From assembly GCF_006345805.1 (NCBI RefSeq), contig NW_021832037.1, positions 1-40,828 on the forward strand: a DNA stretch of 40,828 bases, written 5' to 3'. Both the position numbers and the translations under genes were made by a program. The stretch comes from Octopus sinensis. Lineage: Eukaryota. Shown one piece after another: positions 9,491 through 22,511 of this stretch (position 1 is its first letter; each line of letters begins with the position of its first letter). Below the pieces are notes generated by a model. The model was not told the DNA's origin and searched no databases. It worked only from the letters and a program-made list of their open reading frames with translations.

Positions 9491-9794
9491 AATCATAGTT
9501 GTCGCCGAGAATTAGATTTCCTTTACAAATACTTATACTTTTTCCAGCGTCCACTGTCGCTGATATTGAAAAAGTGAAATCAAACAATGATAAATATCAA
9601 TGTGATTTATATACAGTAGCCGGTAACACAACGTGACGTATTTTTGCCATTCAATATGGCGAACCCCTAAGGGTGGATGCTACTGTAGTTTTTAGCCCCA
9701 GGAGGACACACTCCTCCAGCTGGCCATATACACACTTTCTGTGTCCTGTCAGTATTTGCAAAGGGAAGTCATCCTTCCGTCTCAACTTATGATA

Positions 9795-9838
9795 CACACG
9801 ACTCGAGTTTCGAGGTATTGACCTCTCGTCGTCGTGTG
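9795..9838 (-). ncRNA. Second, mutated HHR copy
   Basis: Same motif, but the core reads ACGACGA (C3/U4 changed) and stem I lacks one base. Confidence 0.6.
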
Positions 9839-9959
9839 ACACAATCATAGTTGTCGCCGAGAATTAGATTTCCTTTAAATACTTATACTTTTTCCAGCGT
9901 CCACTGTCGCTGATATTGAAAAAGTGAAATCAAACAATGATAAATATCATGATATCTAT

Positions 9960-10110
<151 letters not shown>

Positions 10111-10738
10111 TATGGCTAGGTGTGATGTGGTTCCTGGGTATGTGTAACAAAATCATGAATCTCTTTTTATCATTTTCTTCTTCAAACTCCTTGTATTTCC
10201 ATTCGATCGATAGCGTTTTGCTATTTTCCTTCGTAAAATATTTCACGTTTAACTATTTCCCCCATTTTATAAATGTGCCCATACTTTTATAATATATAAT
10301 AATATCACTAGTTATTTTAACCGATTAAATATAATAATACACAAAGACACAGACTCACGTGCGCGCGGGCAAACACACACATACACACGCACTGAGCAAA
10401 GAAATGTCCATTTTGGTTGTTCTTTGATCTCCAGGAAGAATTTCGAGAATAACATTTCAGAAAATTCGCAAATTTATTTTCTGTAATAATTATTACAAAT
10501 TCTCTTTAAGCGATACAAATTACTTGCTTTATTTATGTTTTTGATTTGTTCATGTTCAAGAAATTATCGTCCTTACGATCACGATCACAATCATCAACAT
10601 TATCATGATCATGATCATCATTACTATTATATTATTATTATTATTATTATTATTGTTATTATTGTTATTCTTCTTCTTCTTCTTTTATATCTTATATTAT
10701 ATTATTCTCTTCTTTCTTATTATTATTATATTATATTA

Positions 10739-10769
<31 letters not shown>

Positions 10770-11107
10770 TATATTATCATTATTATTATTAGTATTATTA
10801 TTATATTATTATTATATTATTATTATTAATTATCATTGTTGTTGTTGTTGTTGTTATTATCATTGTTATTATTATTGTCATTATCATTTTTATTACAGCC
10901 AACTTAAACACGCAGAAATCAGGTCTAATATTTACTCTGCACACACAAGCACGCGCGCGCGCGCACACACACACATTCGCACACAAACACACATACACAC
11001 ATACAAACAGATACACAATCACATATTGGCACACGTCTCACACACATTATTTTTATAAGGAACCAATTCTAGCTCAGAACCCCTTTCTCTCTACTCCACT
11101 CCCCCTC

Positions 11108-11162
<55 letters not shown>

Positions 11163-11273
11163 GTATAATATATATATATGGAGAAAGAGAACGAGAAGAT
11201 GAGCGGTATTAATTCCAAGTAAACCTTATTTGATATAGTATATGCACACACATACATATATACATAGATACAT

Positions 11274-11304
<31 letters not shown>

Positions 11305-12360
11305 TATGTAAATAGTGAAGATATGTTCGTGTGCATGTATTTATGTCTATATATCTTATATATATATTATATATCTGCACATAGATACACACACACACAC
11401 AACACACACAAACACATACAAATACACAAATACATATATATATTATATATATATATAATACATATATATATATGCAAACACACTCACATACTTAAACATC
11501 GCATATATATATAAGCAGGGGTGTAAGTGTCATAGAGTTAAACGATGATGAGAGCAAAAATATTAATAAAAAACAATATGAAATATAAAAGAAAGAAACT
11601 GGAGTAGAAAAAAAGTAAAAGAGCAAGACAAGATGGCCGACATATATTATTAAACCTCTTCGGTCAAGAACTACCACAAAACGATTAATATTATTTCATC
11701 TTTATCAACAAAAAAAAATATATACACAGAGCACATAATACAGAAAAAACAGAAAAAAAATGCCTGGATAAAGGATAAACGGTCGTAAGATTATAAAGCT
11801 ATTTAACAATTACTGTAGTTTTGAGTTCGGAGCGTTTTGATATATAATCGTGAAATGATTTCAATGCTTGTCTGAGGAACACCGTTGGTAATGAAAAAAT
11901 AATATGGGATAACGATAAAGAAATTGATTTGGGGAGTGTAATTGTTTTTTTTTGTTTGCTGCTGTTGCTTATCTCACAATTGTAGGAAGATGAAGAGGAT
12001 TAGAGATAAACTAAAAAAGAATGAGATAAAAAGGAGAGGCATTGAGTTGTGAACTGTTAACAGGAAATAGAATAATAAAGTAGATTTTAACAATTCTTGT
12101 AGTAAAATGATTCTTATTTCTATCGGATAAAACAAAAATTTTCTTTAGAATGTACAGAAATTGGCCTTATATTTGGAAACTAAAGTATTAAATAACTCCA
12201 AGAATATTCCAGCAACTAGGATAATAATGATAATGGTGGTGGTAGTGATGGTGTCTGTAGACGTAGTCGTACTACTGATGTTGGTAACGAATACTGTGGT
12301 AATAATAATTATAATTATGATAATGATAATGATGATGATGATAATAATGATTTTTTTATT

Positions 12361-13925
12361 GGGCACAAGACCTCAAGACAACCTCAAGATATCGAAGGAC
12401 GAGTTACAGCACAAAAAGAAAAAAAGTTACAAAAAACATGTGGGGTCAACATCAATCAAAGGAAGACACTGCCACATGAAAGGATATAACCGAGAATATA
12501 TAATATATAATAGAAAGTAGATTGTGAGAGCAGTACTAAAGACGGAGCTGAATGCCAGAAACAGGATCAATACTTTAGCCATACCAGTCGTAACTTACAG
12601 TTTCAATATCATTAACTGGTCAATTACTGAAATATATAATCTTGACAGAATAATACGAAAATTGTTGCCAATGCATAAAATGCACCACTCTAAGGCAGAT
12701 ATAGAACGACTTTACCTGCCAAGAAGAGAGGGAGGCTGTGGACTTTTACAACTGGCATTAACAATGAAGATTGCCACAATTGACCTAGACACCAACCTGA
12801 AAAAACTCTGAGGACTGGATGTTAAAACTTGTCTCAAAACATGAAAACCAGAAAGCATTATATTCAGTGACAAAACAGGAAAAGGAATATATAAGTGAAT
12901 TCCAAATACAAATTCCAGAATTTAACGTACTAGAAACAAGCAAAGAAAAAGCTAAGCGTATGAAAACCTGTGCTAAAATTGCTGCCTTAGATATTAAATG
13001 GTAAGAAAAACCTCTCAATGGCAAATACCCAAAGAGAGCTAATAATGCCGATGCTGACAAAGACCTTACCCATCAATGGCTTCTGGCTTAAAATCTGAAA
13101 CAGAAGAGTTTTTCATAGCAGCCCAAGATCAATGCCTACCTACAAGGAACTACCAGGCCAACATATTAAAGAACGGCAGCTTCCCAGCATGTCATGTATG
13201 TCAACAACAAAATGAAACCATTGATCATGTTGTCTCCAAGTTCAGTCTTCTTGTGCCTACAGAGTATCTCAACAGGCATGATAGAGCTGCACAATATATT
13301 CACTGGGTATTTTTCACAAACCCGGACCTGCCCCATGATAAAAACTGGTGGGAACACAAACCACTTCCAGTGCTTGAAAATGATCACATCTCACTCCTCT
13401 GGAACTTCACCATTCAAACAGAAAGATAGATGCAAGTAGGCCAGACATTATATTGAAAGATTTCTGATAAAAAGCATGCCTCCTCATTGATATGACTGTC
13501 GATATAAACGTATCTGTCAAGACCTACCAAAAACTGAGCAAATATAAAGATCTTGAAGTAGAAATTAGCAAAATGTGGAACCTGAAGATTAAAACATAGG
13601 TGTCCTTGGAATGATAGCAAAAGGGGCTGGTTGTTACCTAGCTCATATATCAGGAAACCCGAAAATGACAGAAATTCAAAAGATAGTGTTCGTGGGGACT
13701 GCCCATATCCCAAGTAAAATACTTTCCATGTAATTTCAACTTTTAAAACAAACTGACAATTTTCTAATGGTTTCTTAAACATTCTCTAGAACAATACTAT
13801 GTACAAAACCAAATATATCACACCCTAGGCATAACACCAACATGAACCTCCAATTTATTATCTCTTGAGGTCTCTGGGTGAGACTTGGAGCTAACTTGTA
13901 CAAATGCAAAGCAAAAGTCAAATAT
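12361..13925 (+). mobile_element. 5'-truncated Dong/R4-type LINE (RT C-terminus, CCHC finger, RLE, 3'UTR), family 2
   Basis: RAVLKTELNARN...PVVTYSFNIINW...RLYLPRREGG; LKSETEEFFIAAQDQ...CHVCQQQNETIDHVV...RHDRAAQYIHW; ENDHISLLWNFTIQT...RPDII...KYKDLEVEISKMWNL; AAT/GAT repeats 5' and (AAT)n 3'. Confidence 0.93.
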
Positions 13926-13931
13926 AAGATA

Positions 13932-13989
<58 letters not shown>

Positions 13990-14146
13990 TAATAATAATA
14001 AGAAGACAAAAGAAGAAGAAGAAAGAAGAAGAACAACAACAACAACAGCAGCAGCAGCAAACACAACATCATCAACATCAGCAACAGCAAACAACACGTT
14101 CATCATCATCGTTATAAACAACAACAACAACGATAATAATAATAAT

Positions 14147-14427
14147 GGTTTCAAATTTTGGCACAAGGTCAGCAATTTCGAGGAAGTCGGTAAGGCGATT
14201 ACATTGATCCTAGTACTCAACTGGTACTTATCCTATCGATTGATACTCATTTTGTCGATTACATCAACCCCAGTGTTTCACTGATACTTAATTTACCGAT
14301 TTACCGACCCCAGAACGATAAAAAGCTAAGTCGACCTCGGCGGACTTTGAACTCAGAACGCGAAGACGGATGAACTGCTGCTAAGCAGTTCGCCCGGCTG
14401 CTAACGATTCTGCCAGTTAATCGCCTT
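14147..14427 (-). mobile_element. SINE family A with internal partial duplication
   Basis: AAGTCGACCTCGGCGGACTTTGAACTCAGAACG; GCTAACGATTCTGCCAG; the GATTACAT..CC..AGT segment occurs twice. Confidence 0.85.
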
Positions 14428-14501
14428 ATAATGATAATGATAATAATGATGGTCAAAATAAAAATTAAAATGTTACTACTACTACTACTACTACTACTAC
14501 T

Positions 14502-14849
14502 CGGCAGATGACAACGTGTCTCTAAAAGAAATGGAGAAACTTTCAAAATACAAAGACCTGGAAATAGAGGTAACCAGAATGTGGAATCTAAAAGCAGAAA
14601 CAATTCCTATCATAGTAGGTGCATTAGGCATGATAAAAAAATATTCAGACAAATACATAACAAAAACACCAGGACTTACAAACACATATAACATACAGAA
14701 AATTGCACTACTAGGCACTGCACACATCCTACGCAGAACATCCATACAATAACCATCAGAGCATCACAACAATCACAGCACATACCCAAGGCACACAGAG
14801 CTGCGCTCGGTAGTGAAGTGAAAGCACACTATAAAAATAAAACTACTGA
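14502..14849 (+). mobile_element. Dong/R4 family 1 3' fragment, second copy
   Basis: ORF 14516-14752 SLKEMEKLSKYKDLEIEVTRMWNL...LGTAHILRRT; near-identical to 1270-1617 including the 3'UTR; (CTA)n 5' and (AAT)n 3'. Confidence 0.93.
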
Positions 14850-15154
14850 ATAATAATAATAATAATATTAACAGAAAGTTATCTTATTTGCTAACGGGTC
14901 ACCGTATGAAAGGAATATTGCAAGCATATGTTAAATGTTTGCGATTTAGAAATCATATCCTCGACAAAAAGCACCAATCTCTTTACTAACACTTGCTAAA
15001 TCTTAAATAATGCATTTAGCAAAGTTATGGGTTGGAAATTATTTATAGCAACTCATCTGCCCCTCGGCATCCTTTCTCAACTGCACTAGCACACTCTGGT
15101 TCAAAGAATTGCGAAGTTATATATTTCTGATCTAAACTAAAAGCCAAGTATCCT

Positions 15155-15420
15155 GGAGGATGTGAAATCGTTTTGATCGACTCTTGTACTTGATTGACAC
15201 TTCATTTTTATCGAAGAAAGAAAGGATGAAATGAAAAGTCCACGTCGATGAGACTTAAATACAGAGAGTAAATAGATGCACGTAAAACCCCGTAGGGTCT
15301 TTCATTCGAATATTCATTTGAATGGAACTTATTCATCAACTCTGGAACCATGAAACTTAAAGCCGACATTGACGGGATTAGAACCCAGAACTTGAAGCTA
15401 CACAACTAAATACAAGGTGT
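15155..15420 (-). mobile_element. Two strongly decayed family A SINE remnants
   Basis: GATCGACTC...GAAAGGATGAAA and GCCGACATTGACGGGATTAGAACCCAGAAC. Confidence 0.45.
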
Positions 15421-15825
15421 TTATTCATTACATTTTTCGTTACAGCAATAATTTCTCGCATTATCAAAATTTCCAAAAATTCAGAGCAGTGTAGAGTCAA
15501 TTAATTAGGCACTAGGATGTGACCGGTACTTATATTAAAAAAGACAAAGTCCATTATCGAAGGAACAAAACAACGTTAGTTCTGCTTCACTGAGAAATGT
15601 CATATTTCAATTAAAGCCCTGTACTTATTTTATCGTTCATTTTTGACAAACGGCTTAATAACAACAGTTATTATCCAGTGGTGGGGAAAAATACAGACAT
15701 AAACAAACACACACACCTACGCACGCGCGCACACACACATATGTATATATGCATATATATATATATACATACATACATACATACACACACACACACGTAC
15801 ACACTCACACACACACACACACTCA

Positions 15826-15875
<50 letters not shown>

Positions 15876-15929
15876 GAAATCAAAGGTTCAGAGACGACCT
15901 AACCTAGCAATGTAACTACACACGTGGTA

Positions 15930-16085
15930 TTGCTGATTTTTTCTCCTTCTTTGGACTTCTCGGTTTTCCTTTTCGACGAAGAGCTACGCTCGAAACGTCA
16001 AAAGCTTTCAAATTTTTCTGTGCGTTAAACTAATACATTCCATTTGCACGTCCTCTTGTTGGTTGTTTTTGTTACTTTTAATGTT
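15930..16085 (+). mobile_element. PLE pseudo-LTR-like repeat with minimal HHR motif, related to families P/Q
   Basis: TCGACGA-A-GAGC-TAC-GCTC-GAAA-CG-TC at 15973-15999; downstream AATAC..TTTG..CGTCC resembles family P. Confidence 0.6.
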
Positions 16086-16213
16086 TATTTATTCGATTTA
16101 TACACACACACACACATACACAACACACACATACACACACCCGCACACACACAAATTTACATTTGCTTTTATTAGAGGCGTCGAAAGGTGTATTGTACGA
16201 TACAACCAAGAGA

Positions 16214-16347
16214 GTGATATTTTTCGGACGTAACATTGCTGTTAGAATAGCAGAAATAATAGGTAAACTACCCATACGCCTTGTATGGATAGTTTACCTA
16301 TTATCTCTGCTGTCCTAACGGCAATGTTACGTCCCCAAAAATGTCAC
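16214..16347. repeat. 134-bp hairpin (~64-bp arms, GCCTT loop)
   Basis: GGACGTAACATTGCTGTTAGAATAGCAGAAATAATAGGTAAACTACCCATAC pairs with GTATGGATAGTTTACCTATTATCTCTGCTGTCCTAACGGCAATGTTACGTCC. Confidence 0.9.
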
Positions 16348-16922
16348 CTTATTACACACACACACACATACACACATACATACACACACACATACACACA
16401 CACATATACACACACACACATACATGCATACACATAAAAGTACCTCAAAATGAGTACTGAGCATAAAAAATACTCAATTGCGTAATATCCACATGGAAAT
16501 TTAAGTTACGCATGTTTGAGTAATTTACTCATTCTGAATATGCATGCATACTCACTTTGCATATTAGTTATTCAGCTCTGATGGTATGAGTTTGGTTTTT
16601 ATTGCGAAGACCAATGGAGCAGACTGAACTCTCCGTAGCGCTGTTTGTTAATAGTTTAGCGTACCCAAAACGCCTGCTGAATGTTCATGTGAATTACAGC
16701 CTAACCGGTTTCATAATCTTTGTTATTCACTGTATGTATGAACGTATATATGTATGTATGTCTCTCTTCATACGCATACGCATATATACTAACACTCATA
16801 CAGCTTTATGTCAAATTCCGAGATCCCCTTAGCGTTTAAATGATTATAGAAAATTTAAGAATTAAATTTTCTTACAAATTCTAAAATATATATTAGATAA
16901 TATATTTGCTCTTTGCTGTGCA

Positions 16923-17038
<116 letters not shown>

Positions 17039-17103
17039 CATCCATCTATTTATTTGTGACATATAATATATATATTATGCATTTATACATATGTGATATA
17101 GGA

Positions 17104-17160
<57 letters not shown>

Positions 17161-17882
17161 ATATATATATAATTAATGCGTACGGGTACACAGCTACAAG
17201 TATAATATACGCGTGTATATTTGTGTGTGTATGTGTGTGTATAATATATACATGTATATATATCTATATATACATATCTACAGATATATGTTTATATATA
17301 AATGTAGGTGAGAAGAAGGGAGGGAGAGAGGGAGAAAGAGAGAGGGAGAGGGGATGAGAGCCATAACAAGAAACTAATAACTACTTTAGCATATTTATCT
17401 CATATCCTAGAAAGTTCATATTAGAAACGATCTCGCGATAATCACTTTCTCACAACGTGGCTTCGATCTGAACGTTCCATTACACAATTTAATCATTATT
17501 TATCATATTGCATAAGATGTTTCTGACCAGATTATCCATCTAGAAACTCATACATACATCATACATACATACATGCACACATGCATACATACATACATAA
17601 ATACATACATACATACATACATACATAAATATATATATATATATATATAAAAGACGTTGAAAGAGACAGAGATAGAGATAGAGAGAAAGAGAAAGAGAGA
17701 AAGAGAGAAATCTAGATATAAACAAAATATTTTATGTGTATAGGTGTACATGTAAATTTAGTGAATTAGGAAGGGAGAAATACTTTCGAAGCGTCTAGAA
17801 TTCCTTTATTTGGAAAGTTGACGTACACAACGCGCATAGAAATACATAACACACGCACACACATACACACATAACACACACA

Positions 17883-17923
<41 letters not shown>

Positions 17924-18229
17924 TATCGATATAAACAGATACATGACGTCATAATGATTTAGAGGTTTCGAGAACGTGAATCAACTTATTTTGCTAACGC
18001 TGAATCTTGAAGCAAATAAAGCTCTCGTTAATAGCGTGTAAATATTAGGTTTGGAAAGTGTATATCTCTTCATTCATGTGTGTTAACTACAGCATATTAG
18101 AACGGTTTTGCTCTTCTTTCTAGCAACGTAGGCGTTTCCTAACACCCTAGTCACATTTACTGACAATTATACTTCTTCTTTTTGGTGAAATATTGCAAAC
18201 TGCTGTTTATATATATATATATATATATA

Positions 18230-18622
18230 TCTTTATATATAAAAGTGAAGTTGTGTGTCTGTCTCCTACGATTTAGATTCCTAACTACTCTACATTTTGC
18301 GGTGCAGTTTAACCAAAACCGGGTATCTTATAGTCGTGATCATATCGAGCCCTTCTGGGTATTAGCGCGCGTCTACGATGAGTCTACGATTTAAAAAAAA
18401 ATCCAGCATTTTTTTCATTTTAATGCATTTTTTCGCTATTATATAAGGGAAGTAACTCTCTAAAATGTCTACAATGAGTCAACGATTTAAAAAAAAATAC
18501 CATAATTTTTTTTTTTTTTCCATTTTTAATGCATTTTTTTGCTATTTTTGGCTATAACTCTCTAAAAATGCTTATATAGTTATTTCCCTTACAAACCCGA
18601 GCAACGCCGGGCGATACTGCTA

Positions 18623-18623
<1 letters not shown>
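18230..18623 (+). mobile_element. Non-autonomous Helitron
   Basis: A|TCTTTATATATAAAA 5' end; 3' hairpin CCCGAGCAACGCCGGG (18596-18611), then CTAG|T; no TSD; two ~100-bp internal repeats. Confidence 0.88.
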
Positions 18624-18694
<71 letters not shown>

Positions 18695-18697
<3 letters not shown>

Positions 18698-18890
18698 ACC
18701 TCGTGTGTACCGTTGGCGATTTTTTTTCCTCTGTCTTCCCTTCTCTGGATCTTTCCTTCTCCTATGTTTCCGACGAAGAGCTCCGCCCGAAACGTTAAAC
18801 CCTCCTTCTTCCCTTCATTCCTGAGCGTCCTGTAATACTATATTTGTTCCACGTTCTCGCGTTATTGTGTTTTCTTGTTTGGATTAACTA
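18695..18890 (+). mobile_element. Family P repeat with minimal HHR motif
   Basis: CCGACGA-A-GAGC-TCC-GCCC-GAAA-CG-TT at 18770-18796; (TA)n on both sides. Confidence 0.8.
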
Positions 18891-18902
18891 TATATATATT
18901 GT

Positions 18903-18937
<35 letters not shown>

Positions 18938-19404
18938 CAATGATACTGCTTCGTTCAACATTTTACCTGCGCACAGAAACAAGCGTATAGAAGATCCCGG
19001 CAATTAATTGCAGTGCCGCCTTCGGAATTCGAACACTGCGTCCACTTTAAAGCGCATGTCTGTGGCAAGCTTACAGGCCGTGATATTACAAATTACTAAA
19101 CTGTAAGTGAATACTCAAGCAGCCAAAATTTAAGAGAGGAGTGAGTTTCATGTTTGAAAGGAAAGGCTACGCTGTGAATTTAAAAAATGTTCTCATCCAG
19201 TATCATCCAATGACAGCTTCTAAGACCACTGATTAATTTTGATTTATCGATGATACGTTCCGGCAGACTCGAACGCAAATACGCTAATCGCTGTTGTTTA
19301 TGTCATAGGAAAACAGCGGCTGTACTTATGATGATTAGAGAATGTACAGTCTGTTCTACACGCAGAGTTTTACTGGCATTGGGAGCCTAATAAAAATGGT
19401 ATAA

Positions 19405-19510
19405 CTCATTCTTGTCAGTAACATGAAATAAAGTGTCTTGTTCAAGCACACAACGCGCTTCCGGTAATCGAAATCATGACCCAAAGATAGTGAGCCAAAT
19501 AACCTAACAT
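19405..19510 (-). mobile_element. Decayed tRNA/CORE-type SINE head
   Basis: AAATAAAGTGTCTTGTTCAAGCACACAACGCG..CCGGTAATCGAAA. Confidence 0.55.
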
Positions 19511-20957
19511 ATGCACCTTCACACATGCACACACACACAGGCACACACGCACGCACGCATACACACACATGGCTTATTAGAAATGGCAGTCAAATCTCAC
19601 TCAAATAACACTGTACTGGCTTGTACATATTTAATAATTTACGGATTTATGTATACTGATATAGACACACACACACGCACACACATATGCATATGATATA
19701 AATGTTTGTGTATGTGTTTATGCTTCTCTAGCTATAACCATAGGCAAAAAGCTCCGTGGACATATCTACAGATGCATATGTATGTACGAGCAGACATGCA
19801 GGCATACACACAGAGCCAAGCGCGTGGACAACCAGCAATCCGTGCGTGTGTGTCCGTGTTCGTGTGTATGTGTGTGTCTGTGCGCGTGTGTTTGTTTATA
19901 GGCACGTGTACGTGTAAATATGCTTGTATTTATGTATGCATATATGCATGTATGTATGCACATATGTATGTTCGAATGTATATATATATATATATATATA
20001 ATATATATATATATTATGTATGTATGTATGTATGTATGTATGTATGTATGTATGCATGTATGTATGTACAATAAACGTCCAATTATTAATGTTGAAAAAT
20101 GATCAGAAAACCTATTTCTAGTAATTTCTTTAATGTGTGTGTGTGTGTATGATTGCATGTATGCATAAATTTATTCCATGCATGCGCGCATCTGTATAAA
20201 TAAACTTTTGGTCTCTTTCCCCAGATTTATAGACACACATTCACCCCACCCCCCGCCACGCACACACAGAGTATTGCACACATGTATATAATCTGTGCTT
20301 CTCGCTGCACCTGTTCCCTCCATTTTGGATCATTTTCTTACCTAAATAACCTCCGCATACACAACGTTCATACAATCGACACAGACATCTTCCTCTACAC
20401 ACTACAATTAATTTCTCCGATATTCTGTTTTCCTTTCAGTGCGTTGATGTTCATCGTTCGTTTACTCTAAGATTATACCTCCAAACCAAAGGCCTAGGAT
20501 GACTAAATTTCTTTCTTGTATTGGAACCTCTTCTGCACTTACGCTCTACGACTCGCTGCCATGCAGCATTGCACTTCTCACGCGTCCATTATGTAGTATC
20601 TTTCACAAGGACAAAGTGAATCCCTTCGTTGCCCGAAGAATTAACTCTCAGGGTGTTTTCCATCCTGTTCTTTATATCGCCACTATGGTTCCGAAACGCC
20701 ATCCCCTATTGCTAATCAGGCATTTTACGTCAATGACGCTCAAAGAGAAGAATAATAGGCTTCCAGACGTGCGCGCACACACACACACATAAAGCACCCT
20801 CACACATATACATATGCGTCGGGCCTTCACACAATTTCTGCCTACCAAATTCATTAACAAAGCATTGGTTGGCTCGAGGGTATTACAGAAAAATATTTGA
20901 TCAAGGTGCTGCGCAGTGGAACTCAAAGTTAATCAATGCTGCTAAAGTGATATAACA

Positions 20958-21014
<57 letters not shown>

Positions 21015-21475
21015 TGTGTGTGTGTGTGTGTTAACATATGGTATATTATAAACGGGGCAAATTTTAGCTATTTCCCCGCAAACGGGAAAACAAATAATGA
21101 ACAACCGTAATCGGTTTTTGAAACTTACAGGGTTCTCATCAGTGGCGTCTACATCATTCTAACAGACTCCAGAGAAACAAGCAGCCAAACTGTTTATATA
21201 CTCAACAAATGTAGCAGTTACTTTATGAAAGAATCCCTAATTTGCATACCGAAGGTGTTTAACACTCTATAAATACCAGTGGCCTCTCAACGGAGATCTT
21301 AGACCACACCGTATCAAGGTTATGATATAATAAGTATGTAACATATGGTATAATTATCTATCTATCTATATATATACATATACATATACATACATATATA
21401 TCCACGCACACACACACACACACAAATATATGTAACAAATATAACAAATGCCACAGACGGTGAACGTGTGTGTTC

Positions 21476-21510
<35 letters not shown>

Positions 21511-21513
<3 letters not shown>

Positions 21514-21632
21514 AGAATTCACAAAACAAAAAAAAATACGAAGACAGGTGGTGTAGACAACAAACAGATATATTAGTGTAACGCTCAGGAAGTGAAAATG
21601 TCTAACGTTTCGAGCCTACGCTCTTCCACATT
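21511..21632 (-). mobile_element. Family Q repeat with partial HHR motif
   Basis: Aligns with 31543-31672; minus strand GAGC-GTAG-GCTC-GAAA-CG-TTA at 21603-21623 with a degenerate 5' core. Confidence 0.65.
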
Positions 21633-21683
21633 AAAAAATATATATATAAAGAGAGGAAGGGGGAGAGGGATATATATATATAT

Positions 21684-21731
<48 letters not shown>

Positions 21732-21849
21732 AGAGAGACAGAGAGACAGAAACAAAAAAAGAGATCGAGATGGTGAAGATCCTTCTCGAGTCATATAAAG
21801 TCATTATTGTCCACCTGGGAAAATTATTTACGACTAGAGCTAAATGAAG

Positions 21850-21950
21850 CGAAATGCTTTGCTCAAAAACACAACGAATCGTCTGGTCCAGGAATCGAAA
21901 CCAGAATCATAAGATCCTGAGTCCACTCTAACCACAGAACAACGCGCCTC
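21850..21950 (-). mobile_element. tRNA-derived SINE head
   Basis: Minus strand GGAGGCGCGTTG..GTGGTTAGAGT...GGTTTCGATTCC, then TTGTGTTTTTGAGCAAAGCA. Confidence 0.65.
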
Positions 21951-22287
21951 CATTATATATAAACATATGTATATTCATATGTGAGTGTGTGAAATATTTT
22001 GCACATTCGCCACTCATTATTAATTAAAACAGTAAAAAAAAAGACGAAAAAAGGAAAAAACAAAATAGAATTTGCATCCATATTAATTATTCATTATTCC
22101 TCATCATGGATAAATTTATTAAATATGGCACTTTGCTCACGTTTGTTTTTTATTTCTTCGTATAAGAAATACCATTACAGGTGTTTAAGGGGGCGGCTAA
22201 ACATGAACACAATGAATCCATGGACTCAAGTACACGCAAACAAAAAACGAACGCATATAAGTTTATGTATTTGTATATAAATTTATG

Positions 22288-22337
<50 letters not shown>

Positions 22338-22511
22338 CATAGAGAGAGACAGATATATAGATAATATATATATACACGCACATTTAAATATGGAACCCTA
22401 TATGTATACATATATGTACATGTGTACGTAGGTAGTTATATAAGTATATAATATATATATAAATATATACACACATACACACACACATAAATATTTTCTT
22501 TTAATCTGTTG

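Larger units (their letters stand above)
9276..9949 (-). repeat. Tandem repeat, 354-bp period (one full and one 320-bp unit), HHR-bearing and retrozyme-like
   Basis: Units start AACGTGACGTATTTTTGCCAT at 9276 and 9630 and are nearly identical. Confidence 0.95.

Noticed and set aside
9276-9949. CRISPR array or prokaryotic system
   Set aside because: No short repeats with unique spacers and no cas or operon-like genes; the context is clearly eukaryotic repeat DNA.
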